Shown here in pieces: positions 25,957 to 35,683 of a stretch of 39,408 nucleotides of DNA (positions within the stretch are counted from its first letter, which is position 1; each line of letters starts with the position of its first letter). The stretch is from a bacterium (GTDB lineage: Bacteria; RBG-13-61-14; DATKZS01), in the NCBI GenBank assembly GCA_046484135.1, contig JAWOBU010000110.1, positions 1 through 39,408 of the forward strand, read 5' to 3'. Below the pieces are notes generated by a model, which was not told the DNA's origin, did not search any database, and worked only from the letters and a program-made list of their open reading frames with translations. The translations under genes and the position numbers were made by a program.

Positions 25957-28734
25957 TTGCAAGATGGCCGGGTAGTCAAGCCTCTGTCCTCTGCTGACTG
26001 GCTCCGCGCTCTGCCTTGGCTTCTGGGCATACTGCTTCTCTACCTCGTTCCCTACATGATCGGGCCCGGCGGACTGGCGGCCAAGTACGTATGGGACGAG
26101 TTCTGCGTCTCCCACCTGTATCCCATGACCTGGTTCGCCCGTCAAGAGTTTGCGGCAGGCTTCTTCCCGCTCTGGAGCCCGTTTACCGGCGGCGGCATTC
26201 CCGTTCTTGCCAACACCATGGAAGAGGCCGTCCACCCTTTCAGTGTTTTTAAATACATACTGCCTTTTCCCGCAGGTTTGAACCTTTATTACTCTTTGCG
26301 GCTCTTTATCTGTCTGACCGGCTGTTACGCTCTGGCGCGACAGCTCCGGGCCTCCCGGCCGGGGGCCATCCTGGGCGCCGCGCTTTTTACCTTCACCGGC
26401 TTTGTGGCCATGAACGCTAACGCGGCCATCGGGTCAATCGCATATATGGGGTGGGTCCTGTTTGCCTTTCACCGCCTGGCCATGAAGCCATGTTTCTCTT
26501 CCTGGTGCATGGTCGCCATAAGCTTTGCCCTGGCTTTCCTGGGCGGGAACCCTCAGTACGGCGTTTACGAGCTTATCCTGGGAGCGGGTCTTTACTTCAC
26601 CGTGCTGTTGTTTTACAAGCCGGGCTTTCCAGGCATGAGGTATGTGCTTTTGCCTGCCACCGCCCTGGCAGCGGGAGCGATGCTTACCGTTTTCCAGACC
26701 CTTCCTTTCTTCGAGTATCTCACCCGGGCCTTCACCCATCATATGCCGGGGTACGGCTCGCTCCACCTCGACCCCGGCGGCTACGTAGGCGCCTTGAGCC
26801 CGCTCTTCGACCGGGCCATAGTCTTCATGGCCGGGCCGGAAGCCGGGCTCTCTCTGGAGAAGTTCATCGAGTTCCGCTACCTGTCCGACTCTTACGCCAA
26901 CACCACCGTGCCCTTTCCCTTCGAGTACCTGGGCGTGGTGTCGGTTTTCTTTCTTGTGCTTTCCCTGCTCGCCCTGCGCCGACTGCCGGTCGAGGTCTCG
27001 TTTTTTGCGCTGGTATCCATTATAAGCCTGGGAACGGCTTTCGGGGTGTTTCCTTTTTCCCTCTTAGGAAAGGTCCCGCCTTTTACTGTCTTTACCAGCT
27101 TCCGCTACTCCTGCTTTACCGCGAGCATTGGCGCGGCCATGATAGCCGCGGTGAGCCTCTCCCGCATCCGCCTGCCGTCTTTTAAAAAGTCCGTCCTCTC
27201 AAGCATTGTTCTTCTCGGCATAGTAGCCGCCGCCGGCATGGCGGTACTGGCGTCGCGGGCCGGTCTGCCGCTTTCTTCGCCGCTTCTTGCATATCCTGCG
27301 GCCGCTCTTGTTTTCACGGTGGTTGTCCTGGCGCTCCTTCTCCGGTGGCGCCGGCCGTGGCCCATCGTTATTTTTGCGGTGTTCGAGCTTATCGCCTACG
27401 ACCAGCTAATGAATGAGCCGTTGTTTCCGCATCCGCTCGAGGCCCGGCAAACCAAAACGGTGGCCTCTTGCAGCAACACTGACCCCTCCTGTCGTTTCCT
27501 CGCTTATGACGATGTCATTCAGCCGAACATGGGGGTCTTCCAGCGCCGGCATGACCTCCGGAACTACGACATGACCTTTCCCGCGGTCCACGCAAGGTGG
27601 ATGAAGGCGGTCAACAATTGGGAAGAAATAGACGTCTTAACCTACTTCCTCCATCATTACTACCTGGCGCCAAAGCCTTCCCGGCTCGACTCGCCGCTTA
27701 TTGATAAAGCCTCGGTCCGGTATCTGCTCTCCACCCGGAGGTTCCCCGAGCCCGGGTTTCACCGGGAGCACGTGGAAATAATCCGGAGCATCTCTCCGGC
27801 TCCGGAGTTCTTTAACAAGTCTTCCACTACCATTTCCGGCAAGACCAAGGACGGCTGGTTCCAGCACGCGCCTTCCGCGGTCTACATCGCGCCGGTTTCG
27901 CCGCAGCCGGAAGCAAAAGCGCTTCATGTTTCTCTCAGCATGGCAAAGACCGCGTGGGAGGCTGATTCCGGAGACGGGGTGTTTATGACGTTACTGGAGC
28001 CTGCGGAAAGCGGCGGAGAAACCAGTTTGCTTTACTCTCGCTACCTGGACCCGGCGGACCGGCCGGGGGAGAGGCGCTGGATAGAAGCCTCCCTCCCCGC
28101 CTTCCCGCGAGAAGGGGTTGCCGCACTGGTATTGCCCGGTCCCGCCGGAGACATGCGCTCGGACTTCGCCGTCTGGGGGGACTTTCACTCGCCGGGTTTG
28201 CGTAAGGAGTTTGAAAACAAATGGAAGCCGACCAGAGAAAAAAAGATAAAGTGTTATGAAAACCGGGAGGCGCGTCCGCGCTTGCGGCTGGCGGAAAAGG
28301 TGGAGGTATTGCCGGGTCTCGAGGAATGTTATCGCCGGTTGGAAAAGCATCCCGTGGCCGAGACGGTGTCTGACGAGTCAGGAGGTAGCTGGCCTTCCGG
28401 CACGGGCGAGGTGTTAAAGACCGATTGGGGCACCAACCGGGTGGAGGCCGCGGTGCACGCGGAAAGCCCGGCCACCCTGGTGCTCGCGGACATTTACTAT
28501 CCCGGCTGGAGAGCGTGGGTGGACGGCGAGGAGACCCGAGTGCACCGCGCCGACTGTACCTTCCGGGCGGTGCGGGTGCCGGAAGGGAAAAGCAAAGTGG
28601 TGTTTAAGTTCATTTCCCGGACCTTCCGGATTTGCCTCTGGAGCGGCATCTTCTCCTGGCTTTTCTTCACGGCCGCTGTTGTTGCCGTGGCAATAAAAAG
28701 GGACCGCAACCAACATGCGGGACGCTTGGAGTAA
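25957..28734 (+). CDS. YfhO-family polytopic membrane protein (putative GT-C glycosyltransferase)
   Basis: PLWSPFTGGGIPVLAN, many TM helices, C-terminal LVLADIYYPGWRAWVDG..RAD.TFRAVRVPEG. TTG start with AGGAGG. Confidence 0.85.
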   Translation: MQDGRVVKPLSSADWLRALPWLLGILLLYLVPYMIGPGGLAAKYVWDEFCVSHLYPMTWFARQEFAAGFFPLWSPFTGGGIPVLANTMEEAVHPFSVFKYILPFPAGLNLYYSLRLFICLTGCYALARQLRASRPGAILGAALFTFTGFVAMNANAAIGSIAYMGWVLFAFHRLAMKPCFSSWCMVAISFALAFLGGNPQYGVYELILGAGLYFTVLLFYKPGFPGMRYVLLPATALAAGAMLTVFQTLPFFEYLTRAFTHHMPGYGSLHLDPGGYVGALSPLFDRAIVFMAGPEAGLSLEKFIEFRYLSDSYANTTVPFPFEYLGVVSVFFLVLSLLALRRLPVEVSFFALVSIISLGTAFGVFPFSLLGKVPPFTVFTSFRYSCFTASIGAAMIAAVSLSRIRLPSFKKSVLSSIVLLGIVAAAGMAVLASRAGLPLSSPLLAYPAAALVFTVVVLALLLRWRRPWPIVIFAVFELIAYDQLMNEPLFPHPLEARQTKTVASCSNTDPSCRFLAYDDVIQPNMGVFQRRHDLRNYDMTFPAVHARWMKAVNNWEEIDVLTYFLHHYYLAPKPSRLDSPLIDKASVRYLLSTRRFPEPGFHREHVEIIRSISPAPEFFNKSSTTISGKTKDGWFQHAPSAVYIAPVSPQPEAKALHVSLSMAKTAWEADSGDGVFMTLLEPAESGGETSLLYSRYLDPADRPGERRWIEASLPAFPREGVAALVLPGPAGDMRSDFAVWGDFHSPGLRKEFENKWKPTREKKIKCYENREARPRLRLAEKVEVLPGLEECYRRLEKHPVAETVSDESGGSWPSGTGEVLKTDWGTNRVEAAVHAESPATLVLADIYYPGWRAWVDGEETRVHRADCTFRAVRVPEGKSKVVFKFISRTFRICLWSGIFSWLFFTAAVVAVAIKRDRNQHAGRLE

Positions 28735-28751
28735 CGGAAGATCGCTTTTTG

Positions 28752-29501
28752 TCATTTACCTCCCAAATCTCCCAAGGCATACTGGATGATGGTGACCGCG
28801 GCGATGGCCGCGGTTTCGGTGCGAAGAATCCTGCCGCCTAAGTGGAGCGGAACAAAGCCCGCCTGCCGGGCGAGCGAAAGCTCCCACTCGGCAAGCCCTC
28901 CCTCGGGACCCACCAGCAGCGCCGCGGTTGTCGCGTGCGAACAGCCCGCGAGCGTCTCCGCAAAGGCTGCGCCTTCCTTTTCGTAAAGCGCGAGCTTAAG
29001 CTCGAACTCCTGGACCTGCTCCAGTGCTTCTTTCAAACCGGTAAAAGGCATGATGGCGGGTATCCTGCCCCGCCGGCACTGCTTGGCGGCTTTGGCGGCC
29101 CGCCTTTGCCAGTGCCTGGACTTCTGCTGGCCGCGGTCGCGTTCATCAAGATCAATGCCGCGCGCCGCTTTCCACGGCACGATAACGTCCACGCCGAGCT
29201 CGGCGGTCTTTTCGATGATAAGCTCCATTCTTTCCTTGTCCGGAAGGGCCTGGACAAGGGTGACGGATATCCCCGACTCCGCGGCGCCGGGCATCCTTTC
29301 AAAAACCAGAAGCAAAGCATGGTCCGACTCCACGGAAATCACCCGGGCCCGGAGGGACTCGCCGGAGCCGGACAGGACGGTTACTGCCATGCCGGGCCGG
29401 GGGCCCCAGTGTTTCAGGGCCTCCAGGTTATCTCCGGTAAGGGTAATAGTGTCGCCGGGGGCAGGGGTTTCGCTAAGCCGTATCTCGCCTTGCCTTGCCA
29501 T
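28752..29501 (-). CDS. rsmE: 16S rRNA m3U1498 methyltransferase
   Basis: ELIIEKTAELGVD.I.P, AAKQCRR, VGPEGGL, LGGRILRTETAA. Confidence 0.95.
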   Translation of the reverse strand: MARQGEIRLSETPAPGDTITLTGDNLEALKHWGPRPGMAVTVLSGSGESLRARVISVESDHALLLVFERMPGAAESGISVTLVQALPDKERMELIIEKTAELGVDVIVPWKAARGIDLDERDRGQQKSRHWQRRAAKAAKQCRRGRIPAIMPFTGLKEALEQVQEFELKLALYEKEGAAFAETLAGCSHATTAALLVGPEGGLAEWELSLARQAGFVPLHLGGRILRTETAAIAAVTIIQYALGDLGGK

Positions 29502-29703
29502 GCGGCGATTGTAGTTGCAGGCGGGTAAGCCGTCAAACGGACGCAGGAGCGGCAGAGCGGTGCCGTCGGCGGAGCTTTTTTGACGTTAAGTGATTACAGA
29601 GATACAATTTGCAGGAAAGAGTCGGCAGTCTGTCAAGGACCCGTGCAATATTGCAACTTAAGGAACGGTTTTTTCGGGCGTAGTTGTCAGGAGCTTTGCA
29701 TAT

Positions 29704-31461
29704 ATGAACCAAGAGAATCAGCCCGGCGAGCGTAGAGGACTCGGCGCGGCGGAGAAGGCCGCGATCGCCGCCATCGGTGTCAATGCGCTTCTTACCGGGC
29801 TCAAGTTTTTGCTGGCGTGGTGGTCGGGCAGTCTTTCCCTTAAAGTCGAGGCCTTCCACTCGTTTGCCGACATCGGTTCCAGCATAGCGGTGTTCTTCGC
29901 CGTTAGTGCGGAGATGTCGCGCAAGAGCCGAGAGCCTTCGCCGGCCGGGGGACGCCTTGATATTCTCCGCCATCCTCAGCGGCTGGTTTCCATTTTCATC
30001 GGGATTTTCCTGGCGGTAGTAGGTATACTTTTCATCCGCAAGGTTTTTTCTCCGGAGCCGATCGAGGTGAAAAACGAGGTTCCGGTAGCGCTTGCCATGC
30101 TTTTTCTGGCCCTGTTCAGTTTCCTGCTCTCGCGTCTGGAGCGGCTGGTGGGCGAGCGGGAGGACTGCACCGCGCTGGTGGCGGACAGCTTTCACGCCCG
30201 GGTGGACATGGCGGGCTCGCTTCTGGTGGCGGGCGCACTTCTCGGCAACAGCCTGGGTCTTTCCCTGGACCGTCCGGCCGCGGGCCTCTTGGCCGCTTTT
30301 ATCCTGTTGCAGTCTTTGAACGTGTTCGGTGCGGTGCTCCGTGACATGGCCCGTGGCGAGGCGAGCTCGGACATTGTTTACCGCGAGTGGCTTTTCATGG
30401 CCGTAAGGAAACGTCTTCCTTCTATCATTCCCCGCTTGGTAGGGCTGGTGGCGCGGCTTCTGGGCGGTTCGGCAGAGGACGAGCGGGCCCGGCGAAGAGC
30501 GGGCGTGCTCCTCGCGGTACTGATTTTCGGCGTGCTTTTGCCGGGCGGCTACCTTGCCGGCGGTCTCTTTTCCGTGAACACGGGCGAGCGGGCCATTGTC
30601 GAGCGGCTGGGCGTGCCGCAGAACCCGGACACTCCTTTGGGACCGGGCCTGCACTGGGAATGGCCGTGGCCCGTCTCGAGGGTCCGGAAGGTGGATGTGA
30701 GAAAGGTACGGACCCTGGTAGTCGGGTCCTCAGTGAAGTCCGGCATACAAACCGTTTTGTGGAGCAACGAGCATTACGAGAGCCAGTACGGCGTACTCAC
30801 TGGCGAGAACATCTTCGTGGAGGTCGGGGTAAGCATCAACTACCGGGTGCAGGACCCCAAGAAGTGGTTTTACAACTGCCAGGCCCCGGAGAAGTTCCTG
30901 TCCAATCTTGCCGAGGCGGTCATTGCCGAGGAGTTTGCCAGCCGGTCTTTGATGACCACCATCACTGCGGAGAGGGCGGAGTTCAAAGCGATTTTGTACC
31001 AGCACCTCGAACTCCTTCTCAGGCAGTACGAGAGCGGGATCAAGCTGGAAAACGTGGAGCTTTTGGAGGCCCATCCTCCCTTGGAGGTTGCCGACGATTA
31101 CGAGGCGGTAGTTACCGCCAGCATCAAGTATGAGACCCTTATCAACCAGGCCCGGGCTTACTCGAAGGCATTGCTGCCGAAAACCCGGGGCACGGCGAAA
31201 AAGAAGATGCTGGAGGCCCGGGCGACCCGGGCCAGGAAGAGGAACTCCGCCGAGGGAGAAGCCGCGCGGTTTAAGCTTTTAAAGCGCGCTTATGACGAAA
31301 GCCCGAGGATTACGGAGGACCGGATGTGGCTGGAGACGGTGGAGCGTGCCATGGCCGGCCGGGAGAAGATAATCGTTCCGCCGGATGCCGCTTCCGGCGA
31401 GCTTGAGCTTTACATGACCGCGGACCCGGGGGTGATACCCGGGACGTCGAAAGAGAAGTAG
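29704..31461 (+). CDS. Fusion of a cation diffusion facilitator (CDF) transmembrane domain to an HflK-like SPFH domain
   Basis: N-terminal six TMs with K..L...SGS.SL.EAFHSFAD and ALVADSFHARVD; then a TM and SPFH/HflK motifs ERAIVERLG..PGLHWEWPWP, LTGEN, HPP.EV...YE.V, A.GEA.RF, R.WLET.E. Confidence 0.85.
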   Translation: MNQENQPGERRGLGAAEKAAIAAIGVNALLTGLKFLLAWWSGSLSLKVEAFHSFADIGSSIAVFFAVSAEMSRKSREPSPAGGRLDILRHPQRLVSIFIGIFLAVVGILFIRKVFSPEPIEVKNEVPVALAMLFLALFSFLLSRLERLVGEREDCTALVADSFHARVDMAGSLLVAGALLGNSLGLSLDRPAAGLLAAFILLQSLNVFGAVLRDMARGEASSDIVYREWLFMAVRKRLPSIIPRLVGLVARLLGGSAEDERARRRAGVLLAVLIFGVLLPGGYLAGGLFSVNTGERAIVERLGVPQNPDTPLGPGLHWEWPWPVSRVRKVDVRKVRTLVVGSSVKSGIQTVLWSNEHYESQYGVLTGENIFVEVGVSINYRVQDPKKWFYNCQAPEKFLSNLAEAVIAEEFASRSLMTTITAERAEFKAILYQHLELLLRQYESGIKLENVELLEAHPPLEVADDYEAVVTASIKYETLINQARAYSKALLPKTRGTAKKKMLEARATRARKRNSAEGEAARFKLLKRAYDESPRITEDRMWLETVERAMAGREKIIVPPDAASGELELYMTADPGVIPGTSKEK

Positions 31462-31473
31462 CGGGGGACAGCC

Positions 31474-32358
31474 ATGGAGCGTTCATACTGGAGAACGATA
31501 GGTACAGGCGCGGTAATCCTGGCGGTGGTTGCCGGCATAGTCGCTCTCACCACCTTTACGGTGCCCCAGAACGAGTACGGGGTGGTGACCCGTTTCGGCA
31601 AGACGGTGCGGGTTGTTGAAGAGCCGGGCCTTTACACCCAGTTGCCTTATCCGATCCACCGGGTCCATCGTTTTGACCGTCGGCTTCAGCTCCACGAGAG
31701 TCCGCTGATGGAGACCTTGACGGAGGACCCCAAGAACATAGCGGTGCGCTACTCGGTGGTCTGGCGTATCTCGGACGTGGAGACCTTCTACACCTCGCTG
31801 GGGAGCATCGAGGCCATGGGCCCCAAACTGGAGCACGTTCTGAGCGCGCGCGGCAAGAACGCGATCGGCAACTTCAAGAAGAACCAGCTTCTGTCGGTTG
31901 ATTCCCTCATCAAGATACCGGAGCTGGAGGCCCAGGTCCGGGAGGAGCTTTCCGAGGTGGTAAAAGACAGCGAGTGGGGCATAACCATAAACTCGGTGGA
32001 GATATCTCGGCTGGCTCTTCCGGAGTTCAACACCTCCGCGGTGTACGAGAGGATGCGCTCGGAGCGCAAGATCAAGGCGGACGAGTACCAGAGCAAGGGA
32101 GAAGAGGCCGCGACCAAGATACGGGCGGAGGCGGACCGTAAGAAGCAGGAGATACTGAGCGAGGCTTACGAGAAGGCCGAGGCCATCCGGGGGGAGGGAG
32201 ACGCGGAAGCGGCCCGGATTTACGCGGCGGCTTTTTCCAAGGACCCGGAGTTTTATCGGTTCTGGAGGACTCTCCAGAGCTACGACAAGATACTGGGCCA
32301 AAAGAGCACGCTGGTTCTTTCCGACGATTCGGAGCTGTTCCAGTACCTGGAAAGATAA
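31474..32358 (+). CDS. hflC: HflC-like SPFH protein
   Basis: VVTRFGK..EPGL, FDRRL, LTED.KN, VYERMRSER, AEAIRGEGDAEAARIYA.AFSKDPEFY.F.R.L..Y, LVLS.DSELF.YL. Confidence 0.9.
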   Translation: MERSYWRTIGTGAVILAVVAGIVALTTFTVPQNEYGVVTRFGKTVRVVEEPGLYTQLPYPIHRVHRFDRRLQLHESPLMETLTEDPKNIAVRYSVVWRISDVETFYTSLGSIEAMGPKLEHVLSARGKNAIGNFKKNQLLSVDSLIKIPELEAQVREELSEVVKDSEWGITINSVEISRLALPEFNTSAVYERMRSERKIKADEYQSKGEEAATKIRAEADRKKQEILSEAYEKAEAIRGEGDAEAARIYAAAFSKDPEFYRFWRTLQSYDKILGQKSTLVLSDDSELFQYLER

Positions 32359-32359
32359 G

Positions 32360-33337
32360 ATGAGCGTCAGTAAGATCGGCAGGGAAATTTTCAAGGGGCT
32401 GGACCGGATAGTGCTTCTGGTCATAGGGCTTCTTTTTATGGTATACCTTGCTTCCGGGGTGCACGTGGTGGAGGCGGACGAGATGGGGGTGATCTTCCGT
32501 TTCGGGGCCAAACACCAGACGGTCCTTCCTGGTATCGGGTATCACCTTCCCTGGCCGGTGGAGCGTGTCCGGACGGTGAACGTCAAAGCCGTCCGTAGCG
32601 TCGAGGTCGGCTTCTGGAAGGCGCAGGGCCGGGATCAGCGTCTTACCCCTTACTGCATCACGGGTGACGTCAACATCATCCACAACCTTTACGTTATCCA
32701 CTACCGGGTGGACGCGGAGGACCCGGCTAGTTACTTTCTTTCCGCCCGCCGCATCCGGGAGATGCTCACATCCAATGCGGAGGCGGCCATCATCGAGGTC
32801 ATCGGCTCCCGGCCGGTGGACGAGATCATCACCACCGCCAAGACGGACATGGAGAACGCCATCCGGCGGGTCCTCCAGGAGAAGCTGTACTCGCTCAACG
32901 TAAAGCTCCAGATAGACTCGGTGGACACCCGGGAAATCAAGCCGCCCAACCAGGTGCGGGACGCTTTTGATGACGTGATCAACGCGGAGCAGGAGATGAC
33001 CACCCAAAAGCACAAGGCCAACACCGACGCGGTGCGGACCATTCACGAGGCAGAGGCCCGGGCGGACAGTATCATCCAAGAGGCCCGGGCCTATCGTACC
33101 GACCGGGTCAACTCGGCGCGGGGAGAAGCCGAGCGGTTTTTAAGTCTTTATGACGAGTACAAGGAAGCGCCGGATATCATCGGGCACCGGATTCTCCTGG
33201 AGAGCGTTGAAAAGATACTTCCCCGCACCAGGGTCATGCTTCGGGGTTCAGACAAACAAGGCAGGCCCTTGCGGCTGAAGATTTTCCAGGCGCCGCTGCC
33301 GACCTCACCCCGGCTGCCTGCGGCATCGCAGGAGTAG
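32360..33337 (+). CDS. hflK: HflK-like SPFH protein
   Basis: YLASG..V..DE.GV..RFG, PG..YHLPWPVE.V, ITGD.NI, PP.QV.DAFDDV..A, A.GEAERF..L..EY..AP. Confidence 0.88.
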   Translation: MSVSKIGREIFKGLDRIVLLVIGLLFMVYLASGVHVVEADEMGVIFRFGAKHQTVLPGIGYHLPWPVERVRTVNVKAVRSVEVGFWKAQGRDQRLTPYCITGDVNIIHNLYVIHYRVDAEDPASYFLSARRIREMLTSNAEAAIIEVIGSRPVDEIITTAKTDMENAIRRVLQEKLYSLNVKLQIDSVDTREIKPPNQVRDAFDDVINAEQEMTTQKHKANTDAVRTIHEAEARADSIIQEARAYRTDRVNSARGEAERFLSLYDEYKEAPDIIGHRILLESVEKILPRTRVMLRGSDKQGRPLRLKIFQAPLPTSPRLPAASQE

Positions 33338-33338
33338 G

Positions 33339-34046
33339 TCAACCCGGCTCGATCTGTACCTCCTTGTTGGGGGCGATTCCGGAGGAGTTGATAAAAGCGG
33401 AAAGCTTGTCCATTGTTTCCCGGTCCATTTGAGTGAAACGTATCCCCATTCCCGGCGGCTGGCCGGTTTTCCCGGCTTCCTCTTTGTCCACCAGCCGGAC
33501 GACCTCGCCCGCAAGCTCCATTTCCTTGCCGGTCTGCGGATGGACCAGGACTATTTTTATTTGCTCCCGCAACGGCTTGGGGCGTTCCGTCCGGATGTAG
33601 ATGCCGCCGTGACTTATGTTGTGCATGTACTCCTCTTTCAAGGCGTCCAGGCTTCCGAACCGCACTTTTATCCGGGACTCGTACCTTTTATGCTTTCGTC
33701 TTTCCATGGCCCTGGTCTGGTACCCTACCTTGGAGTTGATGTAGTCCTCGATCTTCTTCCTCTCGTCCGGGTCCATGCCTTTAAGGTCCACCCCCATGCC
33801 GGCCGGCCTCTTTTCCGTGGCTTCTTCCGGAGGGACCATATGGATGACCTCGCCCGGCGCAGACACCTCCATCTCCGTCTCCGGCACCACCAGCACCACC
33901 TCCACCCGCGTGCCCACCGGGAAGGGATTCTTGCTCCGGATGAAGATGCCGCCTTTACTTATGTTGTGGTTATACTCGGAGATAAAAGCGGAGGGGCTCT
34001 GAAAGCGGACCTTGAGCCTCGCTTTTACTTTACCGGCCGGGGTCAT
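33339..34046 (-). CDS. Tandem PilZ-domain protein (TIGR02266-like)
   Basis: Two repeats of VRF..EY.HNIS.GGI.IR..P...GEV...GMG; RRKHKR precedes only the second repeat. Confidence 0.88.
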   Translation of the reverse strand: MTPAGKVKARLKVRFQSPSAFISEYNHNISKGGIFIRSKNPFPVGTRVEVVLVVPETEMEVSAPGEVIHMVPPEEATEKRPAGMGVDLKGMDPDERKKIEDYINSKVGYQTRAMERRKHKRYESRIKVRFGSLDALKEEYMHNISHGGIYIRTERPKPLREQIKIVLVHPQTGKEMELAGEVVRLVDKEEAGKTGQPPGMGIRFTQMDRETMDKLSAFINSSGIAPNKEVQIEPG

Positions 34047-34126
34047 AGGTGCTCCCCTGAAACTGAATAATTATAGCCCATGCCTCTAATAATTTTATGT
34101 TAATGAAGCGGCAAAAATTTTGCAAT

Positions 34127-34405
34127 CAGTGCTGTCCAAAATATAAGACAAAGGCAAACAATTGTATCACGCAGAGGCGCCAAGACGCAGAGCAGGAGGA
34201 ATTTCTTTTGAATTTAATGGGAAAAGACAAGACCAAAGTAGTGGTCCGACGAAGCCGGGCTTTTCCGGAATCGAGGTCCCTTGAAAATGAAAAGCGCCAC
34301 CGGCAGACGTTTTCCATAAAGTATCGCGAAGGCGCAAGTTTCTTTGTCTTGCCTTTGCGGCTTAGCGCCTCTGCGTGAAATAAAAATCTGTTTTGGACAA
34401 GAGTG
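34127..34405. mobile_element. MITE-like element (279 bp) with 9-bp target duplication and an internal inverted repeat pair
   Basis: Ends CAGTGCTGTCCAAAA / TTTTGGACAAGAGTG (12/15). Direct repeat TTTTGCAAT at 34118-34126 and 34406-34414. Internal inverted pair at 34167-34192 / 34353-34378 (23/26). Confidence 0.7.
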
Positions 34406-34470
34406 TTTTGCAATCGTGTTTCGTGTTTGCAATCGCGGCAAAGCGGAAACGAAGGAGAGGGTATGGAGGG

Positions 34471-35562
34471 TTACTGTTCGGCCCGGTCTCTCCCGCTTTC
34501 GGCAGCGGCTTCCAGCTTCAGGTCGGTGTCGTGGCGGATAAGAGAGTCTATTATCTCGTCCAGTTCGCCCTGCATGACCCGCTCCAGCTTGTACAGGGAC
34601 AGCTTGATCCGGTGGTCGGTGATCCTCCCTTGCGGAAAGTTATAGGTCCGTATCTTTTCCGAGCGGTCCCCCGACCTGACCATGCTCTTCCTGAGCTCCG
34701 CCCGCTCCCGGTGCTGCCGCTCTCTCTCCACCTCCAGGAGCCGGGACTTCAGTATCTTCATGGCCTTGGCCCGGTTCTTGTGCTGACTCCGCTCGTCCTG
34801 GCATACTACCACCGTGCTGGTGGGAAGGTGGGTGATCCGCACCGCCGAGTCAGTGGTGTTCACGTGCTGGCCGCCCGCGCCCTGAGAGCGGAACACGTCC
34901 ACCTTGAGCTCGTCCTCGTTTACCTCGACGTCCACGTCCTCGGCCTCGGGCAGCACCGCCACCGTCACCGCGGAAGTGTGGATGCGGCCCTGCGACTCGG
35001 TGACCGGTACCCGCTGGACCCGGTGGACACCGCTTTCGTATTGAAGGTAGCGGTAGACCTCGCCGCCCTTGATAAGAGCGATCACCTCTTTTATGCCCCC
35101 CTGCTCCGAGTGGCTCACCGAGAGAGACTCCATCTTCCAGCCCTGCTTCTCCGCGTAACGCAGGTACATCTCGAAAAGCTCGCGCGCGAAAAGGGTCGCT
35201 TCCTCCCCGCCCGTGCCGGCGCGGATTTCCAGGATCACGTTCTTCTTCTCCATGGGGTCGCGCGGAACCAGCAAGCTACGGATTTCCCCCCTCAGCTCTT
35301 CGCGTTCCCCGTACAACTCGGAGAGCTCCTCGCGGGCGAGCCGGGCGATCTCGGCGTCACCGGTCCTGCCGAGTTCCTCGTTGTCTTGTATCTGTTGTTC
35401 GAGGGACTTAAGCCGTTCATGGGCCTCGATGATTTCTTTCAGCTCGGAGTGCTCCTGCGCGGCCTCGCGCAGTCGGTCCGGCGAGCGGACGACCTCGGGG
35501 TCGGCAAGCTGTCGTTCCAGCTCCTGGAATCGTTCCTGTATGGCGGCTAGCTTGTCTTCCAT
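34471..35562 (-). CDS. prfA: Peptide chain release factor 1
   Basis: [25 protein letters not shown] (PxT tripeptide of RF1), [15 protein letters not shown]. Confidence 0.98.
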   Translation of the reverse strand: MEDKLAAIQERFQELERQLADPEVVRSPDRLREAAQEHSELKEIIEAHERLKSLEQQIQDNEELGRTGDAEIARLAREELSELYGEREELRGEIRSLLVPRDPMEKKNVILEIRAGTGGEEATLFARELFEMYLRYAEKQGWKMESLSVSHSEQGGIKEVIALIKGGEVYRYLQYESGVHRVQRVPVTESQGRIHTSAVTVAVLPEAEDVDVEVNEDELKVDVFRSQGAGGQHVNTTDSAVRITHLPTSTVVVCQDERSQHKNRAKAMKILKSRLLEVERERQHRERAELRKSMVRSGDRSEKIRTYNFPQGRITDHRIKLSLYKLERVMQGELDEIIDSLIRHDTDLKLEAAAESGRDRAEQ

Positions 35563-35625
35563 GATCTATTACCCGCGGGGGGCCCGGTCGGGCGCGGCCC
35601 GGCTTTATCCGGCGGTCCTCCTGTT

Positions 35626-35665
35626 AAAAACAAAAAAACACGGGCCCGTTTTTCACGGACCCGTG
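35626..35665 (-). terminator. Intrinsic terminator after rpmE
   Basis: Minus strand CACGGGTCCGT-GAAAA-ACGGGCCCGTG followed by TTTTTTTGTTTTT. Confidence 0.8.
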
Positions 35666-35683
35666 CGTATCAGTTGACCTTTG

